DNA of 64,000 bases from Flavobacteriales bacterium (lineage in GTDB: Bacteria; Bacteroidota; Bacteroidia; Flavobacteriales_C; GCA-002722245). Position 1 is the stretch's first letter, and each line of letters starts with the position of its first letter. The stretch is taken from positions 55,723 through 119,722 of the forward strand of contig PBLA01000007.1 of assembly GCA_002722245.1 (NCBI GenBank). The letters run 5' to 3'. The translations under genes and the position numbers were made by a program. The notes under the pieces are model-generated. The model ran no database searches. It was not told the origin of the DNA and worked only from the letters and a program-made list of their open reading frames with translations. Shown piece after piece: positions 37,852 to 46,259 of this stretch.

Positions 37852-39303
37852 ATGTTAAAACAATCATTACAACAAAAGCTGCTTCAAAAGCTATCCCCTC
37901 AGCAAATTCAATTAATGAAACTATTGCAAGTTCCAACCGTTGCCTTAGAACAACGAATTAAAGAGGAGCTTGAAAGCAATCCTGCTCTTGAGGAGGGAAT
38001 TGATATTGAATCAAAATCAGATCAAGAAGGTCTTCAGGATAATCTTAATGAAGAGAACAAGAGGGATGATTTTGACCTTTCAGAATATATTTCTGATGAC
38101 GAAGTTCCGTCTTACAAAACATCTGTTAGAAATTCTGGTCATGATGAGGAGGACAAATCCATGCCTATATCTATGGGAAAAACATTTCATGAAGCGCTTT
38201 TTGCCCAACTTGGATTACTTAAATTAACTGAAGATGAAATTACGATTGCCGAAAACTTGATTGGTAATTTAGACGATGCAGGTTATTTAAGACGAGAAAT
38301 CGAAGCGATTATTGATGATTTAGCCTTCTATCAAAACGTATCAACCACCGAGAAAGAACTTCACAATCTTCTTTCGAAAATTCAAGAAATGGAACCTGCG
38401 GGTGTAGGAGCCAGAGATTTGCAAGAGTGTTTATTAATTCAAATTAAAAGAAAAAATCGTTCTGATTTAAATATTTATTTGGCAGAGAAAATTTTGGAAA
38501 AAACGTTTGATGAGTTCACAAAGAAACATTATCAAAAAATCATTAATAAATTCGAAATTACAGAGGATGAATTAAGATTAGCCCTTGACGAAATTTTAAA
38601 GCTCAATCCAAAACCTGGAGGTTCAATGAATGAATCTCAGCGTATTGCTCAATCCATAGTTCCTGATTTTCATTTGAATATTGAAGATGGTAAACTGCAA
38701 TTAAGTTTGAATGGACGAAATGCCCCTGAATTAAAAGTTAGTCGAGATTATAAAGATTTATTAAAAGGTTATCAAGCGCAAAAAGGAGAAGCGTCGAAAG
38801 CGCAAAAAGAGGCGGTAATGTTTGTAAAACAAAAACTAGATTCTGCAAAATGGTTTATTGATGCGATTAAACAAAGGCAAAATACGCTTTTAAATACCAT
38901 GCAAGCAATTATTGATTTGCAGTATGACTATTTTATAACTGGAGACGAAACCAAAATCAAACCGATGATTTTAAAAGATATTGCCGATAAAATTGACATG
39001 GACATTTCTACTGTTTCCAGAGTGGCAAATAGTAAATATATTCAAACTCCCTATGGTACATTTCTTCTCAAAACATTTTTCTCTGAAAGCATGCAAAATG
39101 CAGACGGTGAGGAAGTAAGCACAAGAGAAATCAAAAAGATACTACAGGACACTATTGCCGTTGAAGATAAAAAAAAGCCACTAACGGATGAGCGACTTGC
39201 AGGAGTATTAAAAGAAAAAGGGTACCCTATTGCCAGAAGGACAGTTGCCAAATACCGAGAACAGCTTAGCATTCCTGTGGGTAGACTAAGGAAAGAAATT
39301 TAA
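37852..39303 (+). CDS. rpoN: RNA polymerase sigma-54 factor
   Basis: It has a Gln/Leu-rich region I (LQQKLLQKLSPQQIQLMKLLQ) and an acidic region II. The HTH and RpoN box read ARRTVAKYREQL. Confidence 0.95.
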   Translation: MLKQSLQQKLLQKLSPQQIQLMKLLQVPTVALEQRIKEELESNPALEEGIDIESKSDQEGLQDNLNEENKRDDFDLSEYISDDEVPSYKTSVRNSGHDEEDKSMPISMGKTFHEALFAQLGLLKLTEDEITIAENLIGNLDDAGYLRREIEAIIDDLAFYQNVSTTEKELHNLLSKIQEMEPAGVGARDLQECLLIQIKRKNRSDLNIYLAEKILEKTFDEFTKKHYQKIINKFEITEDELRLALDEILKLNPKPGGSMNESQRIAQSIVPDFHLNIEDGKLQLSLNGRNAPELKVSRDYKDLLKGYQAQKGEASKAQKEAVMFVKQKLDSAKWFIDAIKQRQNTLLNTMQAIIDLQYDYFITGDETKIKPMILKDIADKIDMDISTVSRVANSKYIQTPYGTFLLKTFFSESMQNADGEEVSTREIKKILQDTIAVEDKKKPLTDERLAGVLKEKGYPIARRTVAKYREQLSIPVGRLRKEI

Positions 39304-39337
39304 TACATAAAGTCCAGCGCTTTCAACTGTACTTTTT

Positions 39338-39345
39338 TAAATTTG
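39338..39345 (+). promoter_or_regulatory. -7 box TAAATTTG, 4 nt upstream of the GTG at 39350
   Basis: The sequence is TAAATTTGttctGTG. Confidence 0.4.
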
Positions 39346-39349
39346 TTCT

Positions 39350-39994
39350 GTGAAAAGTTCACGAAATCGATTCGCCACATTCTTTTCCTATTTGTTTCAT
39401 CCTATTTTTATGCCAACGATAGGAATCACCCTAACTTTCCTATTAGGTGGAATAGCAGGATTCAATCCATATTCAACGGCTTCGGACAAAAACAACGCCT
39501 ACTTTACTATTGAGTGTGTAGTTTTAGCCACTGCGATCCTCCCCTTTGTTGTTACAGTTATTTTAAAAAAGCTGAAACTTATTTCTTCACTCCATATGCC
39601 CTTAAAAGAGGAACGAACCCTCCCTTTTCTCATTACAGGACTTCTTTACTATAGTATGATCCATCTCTTTTCCCAAACATGGAAAATACCTCTTCCAATA
39701 CTAATTTATCAATTTATGATCGGTGCTACTCTTGCTATTATTATTGGCATGATTATTACCTATTCCTGGAAAATTAGTATCCACATGATTGGGATTGGAG
39801 GTGTTGTAGGTATTTTAATCACCTTATCCAAAACAGGAAATAACGTTTTATTTTTCCCCATCATTATATCCATTTTTGTTTCAGGAATTATTGGATTTAG
39901 TCGTTTGGAATTAAAAGCGCACAATCCTGGCCAGTTAATTGCCGGGTTCATATTGGGATTCGCATGTGAAACTCTGGGACTTTTTATTAATTAG
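39350..39994 (+). CDS. Polytopic membrane protein (weak PAP2-like motifs)
   Basis: It has six predicted helices. SRLELKAH resembles the PAP2 SRx5H motif, but the rest of the signature is not clear. The start is GTG, 4 nt after a TAAATTTG box. Confidence 0.4.
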   Translation: MKSSRNRFATFFSYLFHPIFMPTIGITLTFLLGGIAGFNPYSTASDKNNAYFTIECVVLATAILPFVVTVILKKLKLISSLHMPLKEERTLPFLITGLLYYSMIHLFSQTWKIPLPILIYQFMIGATLAIIIGMIITYSWKISIHMIGIGGVVGILITLSKTGNNVLFFPIIISIFVSGIIGFSRLELKAHNPGQLIAGFILGFACETLGLFIN

Positions 39995-40643
39995 CAATCA
40001 GTGAAATTCCAAAAGACAACTGATTAACTCCTCTTTGATTTTCTGGATGAATAAGCCCGTTCAGTCCGTAGTAAGCGAAAACATTGAACAACCCATATCC
40101 TACTCTTAAGGTCATTCCATATTTGAATTTTTGAAGTTCGCTAATATTTTTCCTTTGATAATTTTCCCCATTTTGCAGTTGATACCGTGCATTCGTCATT
40201 AAACCAACTTTCCCACCTACATAAAAGCGAAATGGCTGTTTGGTTTGGGTTCTATATCTCAATTCAATTGGACACTCAATATATTGACTTGTTAATCGAT
40301 TAATTTTGTAGGGAACACGAATGACTCTTAATCCAACTTCCCGTGGAGATCCTTGAAAAGTTGATCGTGGTTTCAAATTAGCGTTGTGATTAATTTTAGT
40401 AAAATCATAGCCCAAACCATAAAACCATGAAAAATTTGTTTTTTTGTATTGTATATCTCTTCCCCAAGAGCATGTAAAACTAAGCGATGGTTCTGTTGAG
40501 ATTACAGCAGGCTTATTTACCCATTGAGAAGTATAAAAGTCAAATAGAATTCTATCTGATTTGTAATAGTCTCCCGCATGAGCATGCTCGAAATTAAGCA
40601 CAAGAGCCAGAATTACGATTATTTTGAGGCCTTTTATTTCCAT
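39987..40643 (-). CDS. Porin-family outer-membrane beta-barrel protein
   Basis: It has a signal peptide (IIVILALVLNFEHAHA) and alternating aromatic strands (YGLGYDF, FRFYVGGKVGL, RVGYGLFNVFAYYGL). The length is 218 aa. Confidence 0.6.
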   Translation of the reverse strand: MEIKGLKIIVILALVLNFEHAHAGDYYKSDRILFDFYTSQWVNKPAVISTEPSLSFTCSWGRDIQYKKTNFSWFYGLGYDFTKINHNANLKPRSTFQGSPREVGLRVIRVPYKINRLTSQYIECPIELRYRTQTKQPFRFYVGGKVGLMTNARYQLQNGENYQRKNISELQKFKYGMTLRVGYGLFNVFAYYGLNGLIHPENQRGVNQLSFGISLIAN

Positions 40644-40715
40644 TTTATTGATTTAATAAGATAACCAATATTTCGTTTTCAGGACATACAATAAAAGAGC
40701 TAAAAAAGCGTAATC

Positions 40716-40742
40716 AAAAAAAAATGGGGCTTACCCCCATTT
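40716..40742 (-). terminator. Rho-independent terminator after the ferritin gene
   Basis: The minus strand reads aaatggggg-taa-gccccattttttttt. It lies 19 nt downstream of the stop. Confidence 0.75.
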
Positions 40743-40760
40743 CTGAATTTTTTCGTTCTA

Positions 40761-41282
40761 TTATTTTCCCGCATCGGGGACAGAGATACTACCTCCAGTT
40801 AAATTCTCTAAATCACGATCAAATAAATATAGTCCTCCCTTTTCAGAACCTGTTAACTTTATTCGATCCAGTATTCCTCTGGCAGTTGCTTCTTCTTCTA
40901 TCTGCTCACTAACATACCATTGTATAAAATTGTGCGTGGTATAATCTTTTTCTTCCAAACATGTATGAACAATGTTATTAATCTCAGCAGTCACTTTTAA
41001 TTCGTGTTTTAATAAATTTTCAAAAGCAGTTGTTAAACTTTCGAATTCCACAGGAGGTTCAGCAATAGATGGTATTTTCGCTATACCACCTCGCTCGTTA
41101 ATATATCTTACCAATTTCAGCATATGCTGACGTTCTTCATCGGCATGTCTATACAAAAATTCTGCAGTACCCACATACCCTTGGTTTTCGGCCCAGGAAG
41201 CCATTGAAAGATAAAATTGAGAAGACTCTCCTTCTAAGACAATTTGTTTATTTAACGCTGCCTCAACTTTTTTCGAAACCAT
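40761..41282 (-). CDS. Ferritin (non-haem, Ftn type)
   Basis: It shows the ferritin-like four-helix pattern with diiron ligands (ESSQFYLSMASW, DEERQHMLKL, HELKVT...). The length is 173 aa. Confidence 0.85.
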   Translation of the reverse strand: MVSKKVEAALNKQIVLEGESSQFYLSMASWAENQGYVGTAEFLYRHADEERQHMLKLVRYINERGGIAKIPSIAEPPVEFESLTTAFENLLKHELKVTAEINNIVHTCLEEKDYTTHNFIQWYVSEQIEEEATARGILDRIKLTGSEKGGLYLFDRDLENLTGGSISVPDAGK

Positions 41283-41360
41283 AATTCTTAGTTTTTGATG
41301 AAGTTAATTAATCAATGTAAAGAAAACAATAACTCATACTTATTTAGACATAGTCTATAT

Positions 41361-42035
41361 CTACTTACCTTCACCACCAATAATAACAACAATCTCACCT
41401 TTTGGTGGATTCTTTTCATAAAATTCTACTAATTCCGAAACCGCTCCTCTTTGAAAGGTTTCGAAAACTTTCGATAACTCACGAACCACACAGACATTTC
41501 GATTATTCCCCATAAACTCTCCGATTTGAATTAGGGTTTTGACTAATCGGTGAGGCGACTCATATAGAATGATTGTACATGGTAATTCAGCAAGGAACTT
41601 CAACCGAGTTTGTCTTCCTTTTTTATGCGGAAGAAATCCCTCAAAAAAGAATTTGTCACATGGAAAACCACTACCAACAAGGGCTGGAACAAATGCTGTT
41701 GCTCCAGGAAGTGGCTCTATTGGAACCCCCGCTTGTATACATGCCCTCACTAATAAAAATCCAGGATCCGAAATGCCCGGTGTTCCAGCATCAGACACCA
41801 ATCCGATTTTCTCACCGCTTTTAATTTTATCTAATACTGCTTCAATTGTTTTATGCTCATTATGTGCATGATGCGGCCACATTTTTTGATTAATCTCTAA
41901 ATGTTTTAAGAGTTTACCGGTTTGTCTCGTGTCTTCTGCTAACAAAAGATCAACAGACTTTATTGCCTCAATAGACCGCAGCGTAATATCACCTAAATTT
42001 CCAATCGGTGTTGGAATAAGAATTAGCTTACTCAT
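41361..42035 (-). CDS. rsmI: 16S rRNA (cytidine1402-2'-O)-methyltransferase
   Basis: The N-terminus has the tetrapyrrole-methylase fold (LILIPTPIGNLGDITLRS, AEDTR, DAGTPGISDPG). Confidence 0.9.
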   Translation of the reverse strand: MSKLILIPTPIGNLGDITLRSIEAIKSVDLLLAEDTRQTGKLLKHLEINQKMWPHHAHNEHKTIEAVLDKIKSGEKIGLVSDAGTPGISDPGFLLVRACIQAGVPIEPLPGATAFVPALVGSGFPCDKFFFEGFLPHKKGRQTRLKFLAELPCTIILYESPHRLVKTLIQIGEFMGNNRNVCVVRELSKVFETFQRGAVSELVEFYEKNPPKGEIVVIIGGEGK

Positions 42036-42039
42036 ACTT

Positions 42040-42047
42040 CAAATGTA
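42040..42047 (-). promoter_or_regulatory. -7 box TACATTTG, 4 nt upstream of the rsmI ATG
   Basis: The minus strand reads TACATTTGaagtATG. Confidence 0.5.
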
Positions 42048-42079
42048 CACTTATTGGTACACTTTCGAATCGGTTTGAT

Positions 42080-42087
42080 TAATTTTG
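42080..42087 (+). promoter_or_regulatory. -7 box TAATTTTG, 4 nt upstream of the ATG at 42092
   Basis: The sequence is TAATTTTGccggATG. Confidence 0.5.
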
Positions 42088-42091
42088 CCGG

Positions 42092-44536
42092 ATGAAAAGT
42101 TTGACTTTTTGGTTTCTTTTGCTTTGCATGGGTTCATATGGACAAACTATTTTTGGTACTGTTTCTTCAGAAAATTCAGCTTTACCATTTGTCACAATTG
42201 TTAATCTTAACAACGGTGAATCAAGTTTCTCAAACGAACTTGGACAATTCAATATTTTAATCAATTCTACCAACGACAGTATTCTATTTGAAGCAACTCA
42301 TTTTAAACCTTCCATTTTTCTTGCTGATTCAATTCAAAAAAAACCAAATGTTGTATTAGTAAAAGATATTCAAATACTAAAACAGGTAACAATAACTGTA
42401 TCAAATGATTTTGCCAAACGAATTGCTAAACAAGTTATTCAAAACAGAAAGAAAAACACCATTTTAAATAAGGACTTTTCCGCTCAAATGTATACTAAAA
42501 TCCTTTTGAGTAAAATCAATGCATTCACAAAAGATAGTTCATTGGTAAAGTTAAATGAACAGATTTCAATGATCCAATTCCAATACCCTAAAAACTGGCG
42601 AGAAACAAAATTGGGATACAATCAACACGAAGTTGAAAAACAAAATAGAGAAGGGTTTATAAATCATTTCGGTAATGAAAAAGAAGCACGCCAATACGGC
42701 GGAATAAGTAAGACAAATGAAGTTTTTTATCACAATATTTCCAACATAAATTTCAACTTTTATGAATCCTTTATTTTGATTCCAAAAATTAGTCAAACTC
42801 CTTTTATTTCTCCCTTTGGTAATTTAGGGCTGCTTTCTTATCATTTCAAATATAATTCCACATACATTCAGAATGGTAAAAAAATACATCTCATTGAGGT
42901 GATTCCTAAAAGAAAAGATGAATCCATATTTTGGGGAATTGCACAAATTGAAGCTCAAACATGGAAAATAAAAAGCCTTAATTTCAATTTAAACCCGAAA
43001 AGGACACTCAATTTCGATTCATTCACAATAATCCAACAACTGGATTCGATTAATGGAAACAATTTTATTAAAGATCAAAGCATCTATTTTTCTTTCAAAA
43101 AAAATAAAGAATCACATTATGAAAATGTCCATTCGGTATTTAGTAATCATGTATTTTCCGAACAAACTATTCAACAAAAAAATCGCATCCAATTTACCAC
43201 GGATTCTGCATACAACAGAAATGCGAAATATTGGAACGCGAAAAGGCCTTTTAATCTTAAAGCGAAAGAATTAACATTTATTGAAACAATTGATAGTGTT
43301 AAGCGCATTAAAAACTCAATCAATTATATCAAAAATGAAGACGCCCTGAAAAACAAAGTAACTTTTTGGGAAGTTATTTTCTCAGGAATTGATCATTACA
43401 ATACCCCTAAAGGATATAAATGGTTTATAAGTCCCTTGATTGCACAAGCAAATATCTTTGGTATTGGGGGGGTTCGGCATGTATTTAATGGTAATTATGC
43501 TAAAACCTTTGATAATAAAAACTTACTCGAACTAGGAGGGAAAACAAATTTTGGATTCATCAATAAGGATATGGTTGCCGATGTGGAATTAAAATATACT
43601 TATGCTCCTAAACATTTCGCACAGTTTAAATTTAGAGGAGGAAGCGAATATCAAATGCTTACATTCAATCAAAACTTTGCAACGATTTTAAGTAGAAGCA
43701 ACTGGATTAAAAATAATTTCCTAGAGTTAGGACATTTCATTGAGCTTACAAACGGTCTTTTTTTAGATATTGAAACAGGGTATTATAACAGAATTTCTAT
43801 TTCGAATTTGACTTTATCAGACTGGAGCGAAGAGGTGTTTGGAGAAAATAATACGCCACTTGATTTCAGCAATTACAATGAACTAAACCTTAAACTCTCC
43901 ATTACATACACCCCGTTTCAGAAATATGAAATTGATGGACGAAAAAAAACCATTTTAGGGAGTAAATGGCCAAATTTTAAACTAAAATGGGAACAGGGTA
44001 TTCCTTCTATTTTTAATTCCATTATTCACTATCAAAAACTTACTTTCGGCATAAATCAATCCATTCGATTTGGTTTATTAGGAACAACAAAATATAGTAT
44101 ATGGTACGGGGACTATTTACATACCAGTTCTGTTAAAGAACCGAATAACACATTTTTTAGAGGGACTGATCCTTATTTATTTACACATCCTTTGGTATCT
44201 TTTCAGCTTTTAGGGAAAACCCATCAGGCAACCAACTCCTATTTCACTCTAAATTTCATTCATCACTTTCATGGCGCATTACTCAAAAAAATTCCGCTTA
44301 TAAAAAGAACAAAACTGGAATCATCATTCGGGGGAGGAGCCCTCTATATTGATCAAAACAATTTTGCACACACAGAACTATTTGGAGGAATAGATATCCC
44401 ATTTAAAATTGGACAGGTCAATATGAAAATAGGCGGGTATTACACCACGGCCTATTCAAATTATTCCGCTTTATCCCACATGATAAAATTTGGTTTAAAT
44501 GTCTTTAACCCATTTACCAATAATTGGGAATATTAA
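42092..44536 (+). CDS. Carboxypeptidase-regulatory-like domain + DUF5686-like large secreted/OM protein
   Basis: A signal peptide ends in SYG/Q. A CarboxypepD_reg-like N-terminal domain (IFGTVSSENSALPFVTIVNL...GQFNI) is followed by about 700 aa of beta-rich sequence. Confidence 0.6.
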   Translation: MKSLTFWFLLLCMGSYGQTIFGTVSSENSALPFVTIVNLNNGESSFSNELGQFNILINSTNDSILFEATHFKPSIFLADSIQKKPNVVLVKDIQILKQVTITVSNDFAKRIAKQVIQNRKKNTILNKDFSAQMYTKILLSKINAFTKDSSLVKLNEQISMIQFQYPKNWRETKLGYNQHEVEKQNREGFINHFGNEKEARQYGGISKTNEVFYHNISNINFNFYESFILIPKISQTPFISPFGNLGLLSYHFKYNSTYIQNGKKIHLIEVIPKRKDESIFWGIAQIEAQTWKIKSLNFNLNPKRTLNFDSFTIIQQLDSINGNNFIKDQSIYFSFKKNKESHYENVHSVFSNHVFSEQTIQQKNRIQFTTDSAYNRNAKYWNAKRPFNLKAKELTFIETIDSVKRIKNSINYIKNEDALKNKVTFWEVIFSGIDHYNTPKGYKWFISPLIAQANIFGIGGVRHVFNGNYAKTFDNKNLLELGGKTNFGFINKDMVADVELKYTYAPKHFAQFKFRGGSEYQMLTFNQNFATILSRSNWIKNNFLELGHFIELTNGLFLDIETGYYNRISISNLTLSDWSEEVFGENNTPLDFSNYNELNLKLSITYTPFQKYEIDGRKKTILGSKWPNFKLKWEQGIPSIFNSIIHYQKLTFGINQSIRFGLLGTTKYSIWYGDYLHTSSVKEPNNTFFRGTDPYLFTHPLVSFQLLGKTHQATNSYFTLNFIHHFHGALLKKIPLIKRTKLESSFGGGALYIDQNNFAHTELFGGIDIPFKIGQVNMKIGGYYTTAYSNYSALSHMIKFGLNVFNPFTNNWEY

Positions 44537-44539
44537 ATC

Positions 44540-44547
44540 TAAATTTA
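44540..44547 (+). promoter_or_regulatory. -7-like box TAAATTTA, 4 nt upstream of the ATG at 44552
   Basis: The sequence is TAAATTTAcattATG, directly after the stop of the preceding gene. Confidence 0.4.
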
Positions 44548-44551
44548 CATT

Positions 44552-44890
44552 ATGATTGATAAATCTTTTGAAGAAAAGTGGAAGGAATTAGAAGTGAAAA
44601 TTGCCACTGATTTTGGAGGTGGATTAGATGTGCAGGGAATCTTATTTTTAATTGGAGTACAGGAACTTGGAAAAGGACCACAGGATTTTTCCAAAGATCA
44701 AAAAATTGATGTGATTCATGTCGCCATTTGCAGGGTTTTAGAACCTTTTGGTTTTTATACATTATCACATTCAGACCAAGACGGATGGCCACACTATGAA
44801 TCTTTAAAACCGTTACCAAACTTAAAACCAGGAGAGCAACTTAAATTAATGAAGCAAGCTATTTTGGATTATTTCGGAAAGATATACTAG
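44552..44890 (+). CDS. Hypothetical cytoplasmic protein (112 aa)
   Basis: The ORF is clean, with its own TAAATTTA box 4 nt upstream of the ATG. I recognise no motif. Confidence 0.5.
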   Translation: MIDKSFEEKWKELEVKIATDFGGGLDVQGILFLIGVQELGKGPQDFSKDQKIDVIHVAICRVLEPFGFYTLSHSDQDGWPHYESLKPLPNLKPGEQLKLMKQAILDYFGKIY

Positions 44891-44891
44891 T

Positions 44892-45260
44892 TTAATTAAC
44901 CTTACATGTAACTGTTGTAGTTTCACCCTCCTCCAAAGCAAGTGTCGTAGATCCTGATTTACCATTTCCTGTGGTAACAACCACTTGCAAAACCGCTGGT
45001 AATTTGAAACATATTTTATCCGTAGACCCACTCATAGAGGTTTTGTATGTTCTAGAAGTACTCATATCATTCTCATTGCATATATAGAATCCAGCACTGG
45101 CATTGTCAGGATTATCTACAGATATTTCCACAGTGGCATTTGCAATCGCAGATCCATCAACCAAATCAACTACACGAACAACACCATAAGTCGGTTGCTG
45201 AGTACAGGCTGTGAAAAATGCGGAGACAACAATCACGAGAAATAACTTTAAACTCTTCAT
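44892..45260 (-). CDS. Small lipoprotein, beta-sandwich-like
   Basis: MKSLKLFLVIVVSAFFTAC gives a signal peptide plus lipobox. The start is set at this Met, trimming 18 codons from the ORF track. Confidence 0.5.
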   Translation of the reverse strand: MKSLKLFLVIVVSAFFTACTQQPTYGVVRVVDLVDGSAIANATVEISVDNPDNASAGFYICNENDMSTSRTYKTSMSGSTDKICFKLPAVLQVVVTTGNGKSGSTTLALEEGETTTVTCKVN

Positions 45261-45366
45261 AACAACTTTATTTAGCAAGATAAATGACACTAAAATATTC
45301 TGACAACCAAACAAATATATAGAAAATTTTGGTTGACTAAAAATTCCTCATCCTCTAGTAAATAGC

Positions 45367-45374
45367 TAATTTTA
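45367..45374 (+). promoter_or_regulatory. -7-like box TAATTTTA, 4 nt upstream of the cyclophilin ATG
   Basis: The sequence is TAATTTTAgaacATG. Confidence 0.4.
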
Positions 45375-45378
45375 GAAC

Positions 45379-46236
45379 ATGAAATTGAACAATTCTGTAA
45401 AATACTGTTTCTTACTCGGCCCTTTTATGCTCCTGCTTGCCTTTTCCGGAAAATGGAGGAAAATCCAAGATGGAAAAGTGAATAACGATAACCTGTATGT
45501 CATCTCAACAAAATATGGTGAAATGACACTGGCTTTGTATGACAAAACTCCAATCCATCGTGATAACTTTAAAAAATTAGTTGCAGATTCCACTTATAAT
45601 GGAACGTTATTTCATCGCGTAATCAATGGTTTTATGATTCAAGGTGGCGACCCAAATTTAAAAAATGCAGGAGTAAAAGATCGATTAGGCCTTGAGAATA
45701 TGAGCTACACGCTACCTGCAGAAATACATTCGGATTTAATTCATAAAAAAGGAGCGTTGGCCGCAGCTAGACAAGGTGATCAGATAAATCCACAAAAACG
45801 ATCATCGGGATGTCAATTTTACATTGTTCAGGGAAAGGCTATGGATGAAAAGTCATTACAGGGAATATTAGAAAGAAAAAATAACATCCGTAAAAGAGCA
45901 TTGGGGAATAAATACCTTATGAATCCTGAGAATTCAGCATTAAAAAACCACTATGTTCAAATTGTTCAGTCTGGCAATCAAGATAGTATTAAACACTATA
46001 ATCAACTCATCCAATCAATAACTGAAGAACTCTATGAAGGTAGTAAGCTAAGTTACACTCCTCAACAAATTAAAACCTACCAAAAATTGGGAGGAACACC
46101 AATGTTAGATATGGACTATACGGTATTTGGCGAAATTATAAAAGGACTAGATATCATTGATTCAATAGCAGCGGTGAAAACAAGGAAGGGAGATCGACCC
46201 ATTGAAGATCTTCAAATGACCATTAAAAAATTGTAA
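45379..46236 (+). CDS. Cyclophilin-type peptidyl-prolyl cis-trans isomerase (secreted, with insertion)
   Basis: Cyclophilin motifs FHRVINGFMIQGGDP, SSGCQFYIV and YTVFGEIIKGLD are present. The N-terminus is a hydrophobic signal. Confidence 0.9.
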   Translation: MKLNNSVKYCFLLGPFMLLLAFSGKWRKIQDGKVNNDNLYVISTKYGEMTLALYDKTPIHRDNFKKLVADSTYNGTLFHRVINGFMIQGGDPNLKNAGVKDRLGLENMSYTLPAEIHSDLIHKKGALAAARQGDQINPQKRSSGCQFYIVQGKAMDEKSLQGILERKNNIRKRALGNKYLMNPENSALKNHYVQIVQSGNQDSIKHYNQLIQSITEELYEGSKLSYTPQQIKTYQKLGGTPMLDMDYTVFGEIIKGLDIIDSIAAVKTRKGDRPIEDLQMTIKKL

Positions 46237-46241
46237 TTTTG
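46234..46241 (+). promoter_or_regulatory. -7 box TAATTTTG for pheS
   Basis: It overlaps the cyclophilin stop codon and lies 18 nt before the ATG at 46260. Confidence 0.45.
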
Positions 46242-46259
46242 TACGAAACCAAAATATTA

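Noticed and set aside
41283-41360. A Fur-box-like inverted repeat (TTGATtaattaacttcATCAA) upstream of the ferritin gene.
   Set aside because: It aligns poorly with the 19-bp Fur consensus when compared position by position. Short AT-rich inverted repeats are expected by chance in this composition.
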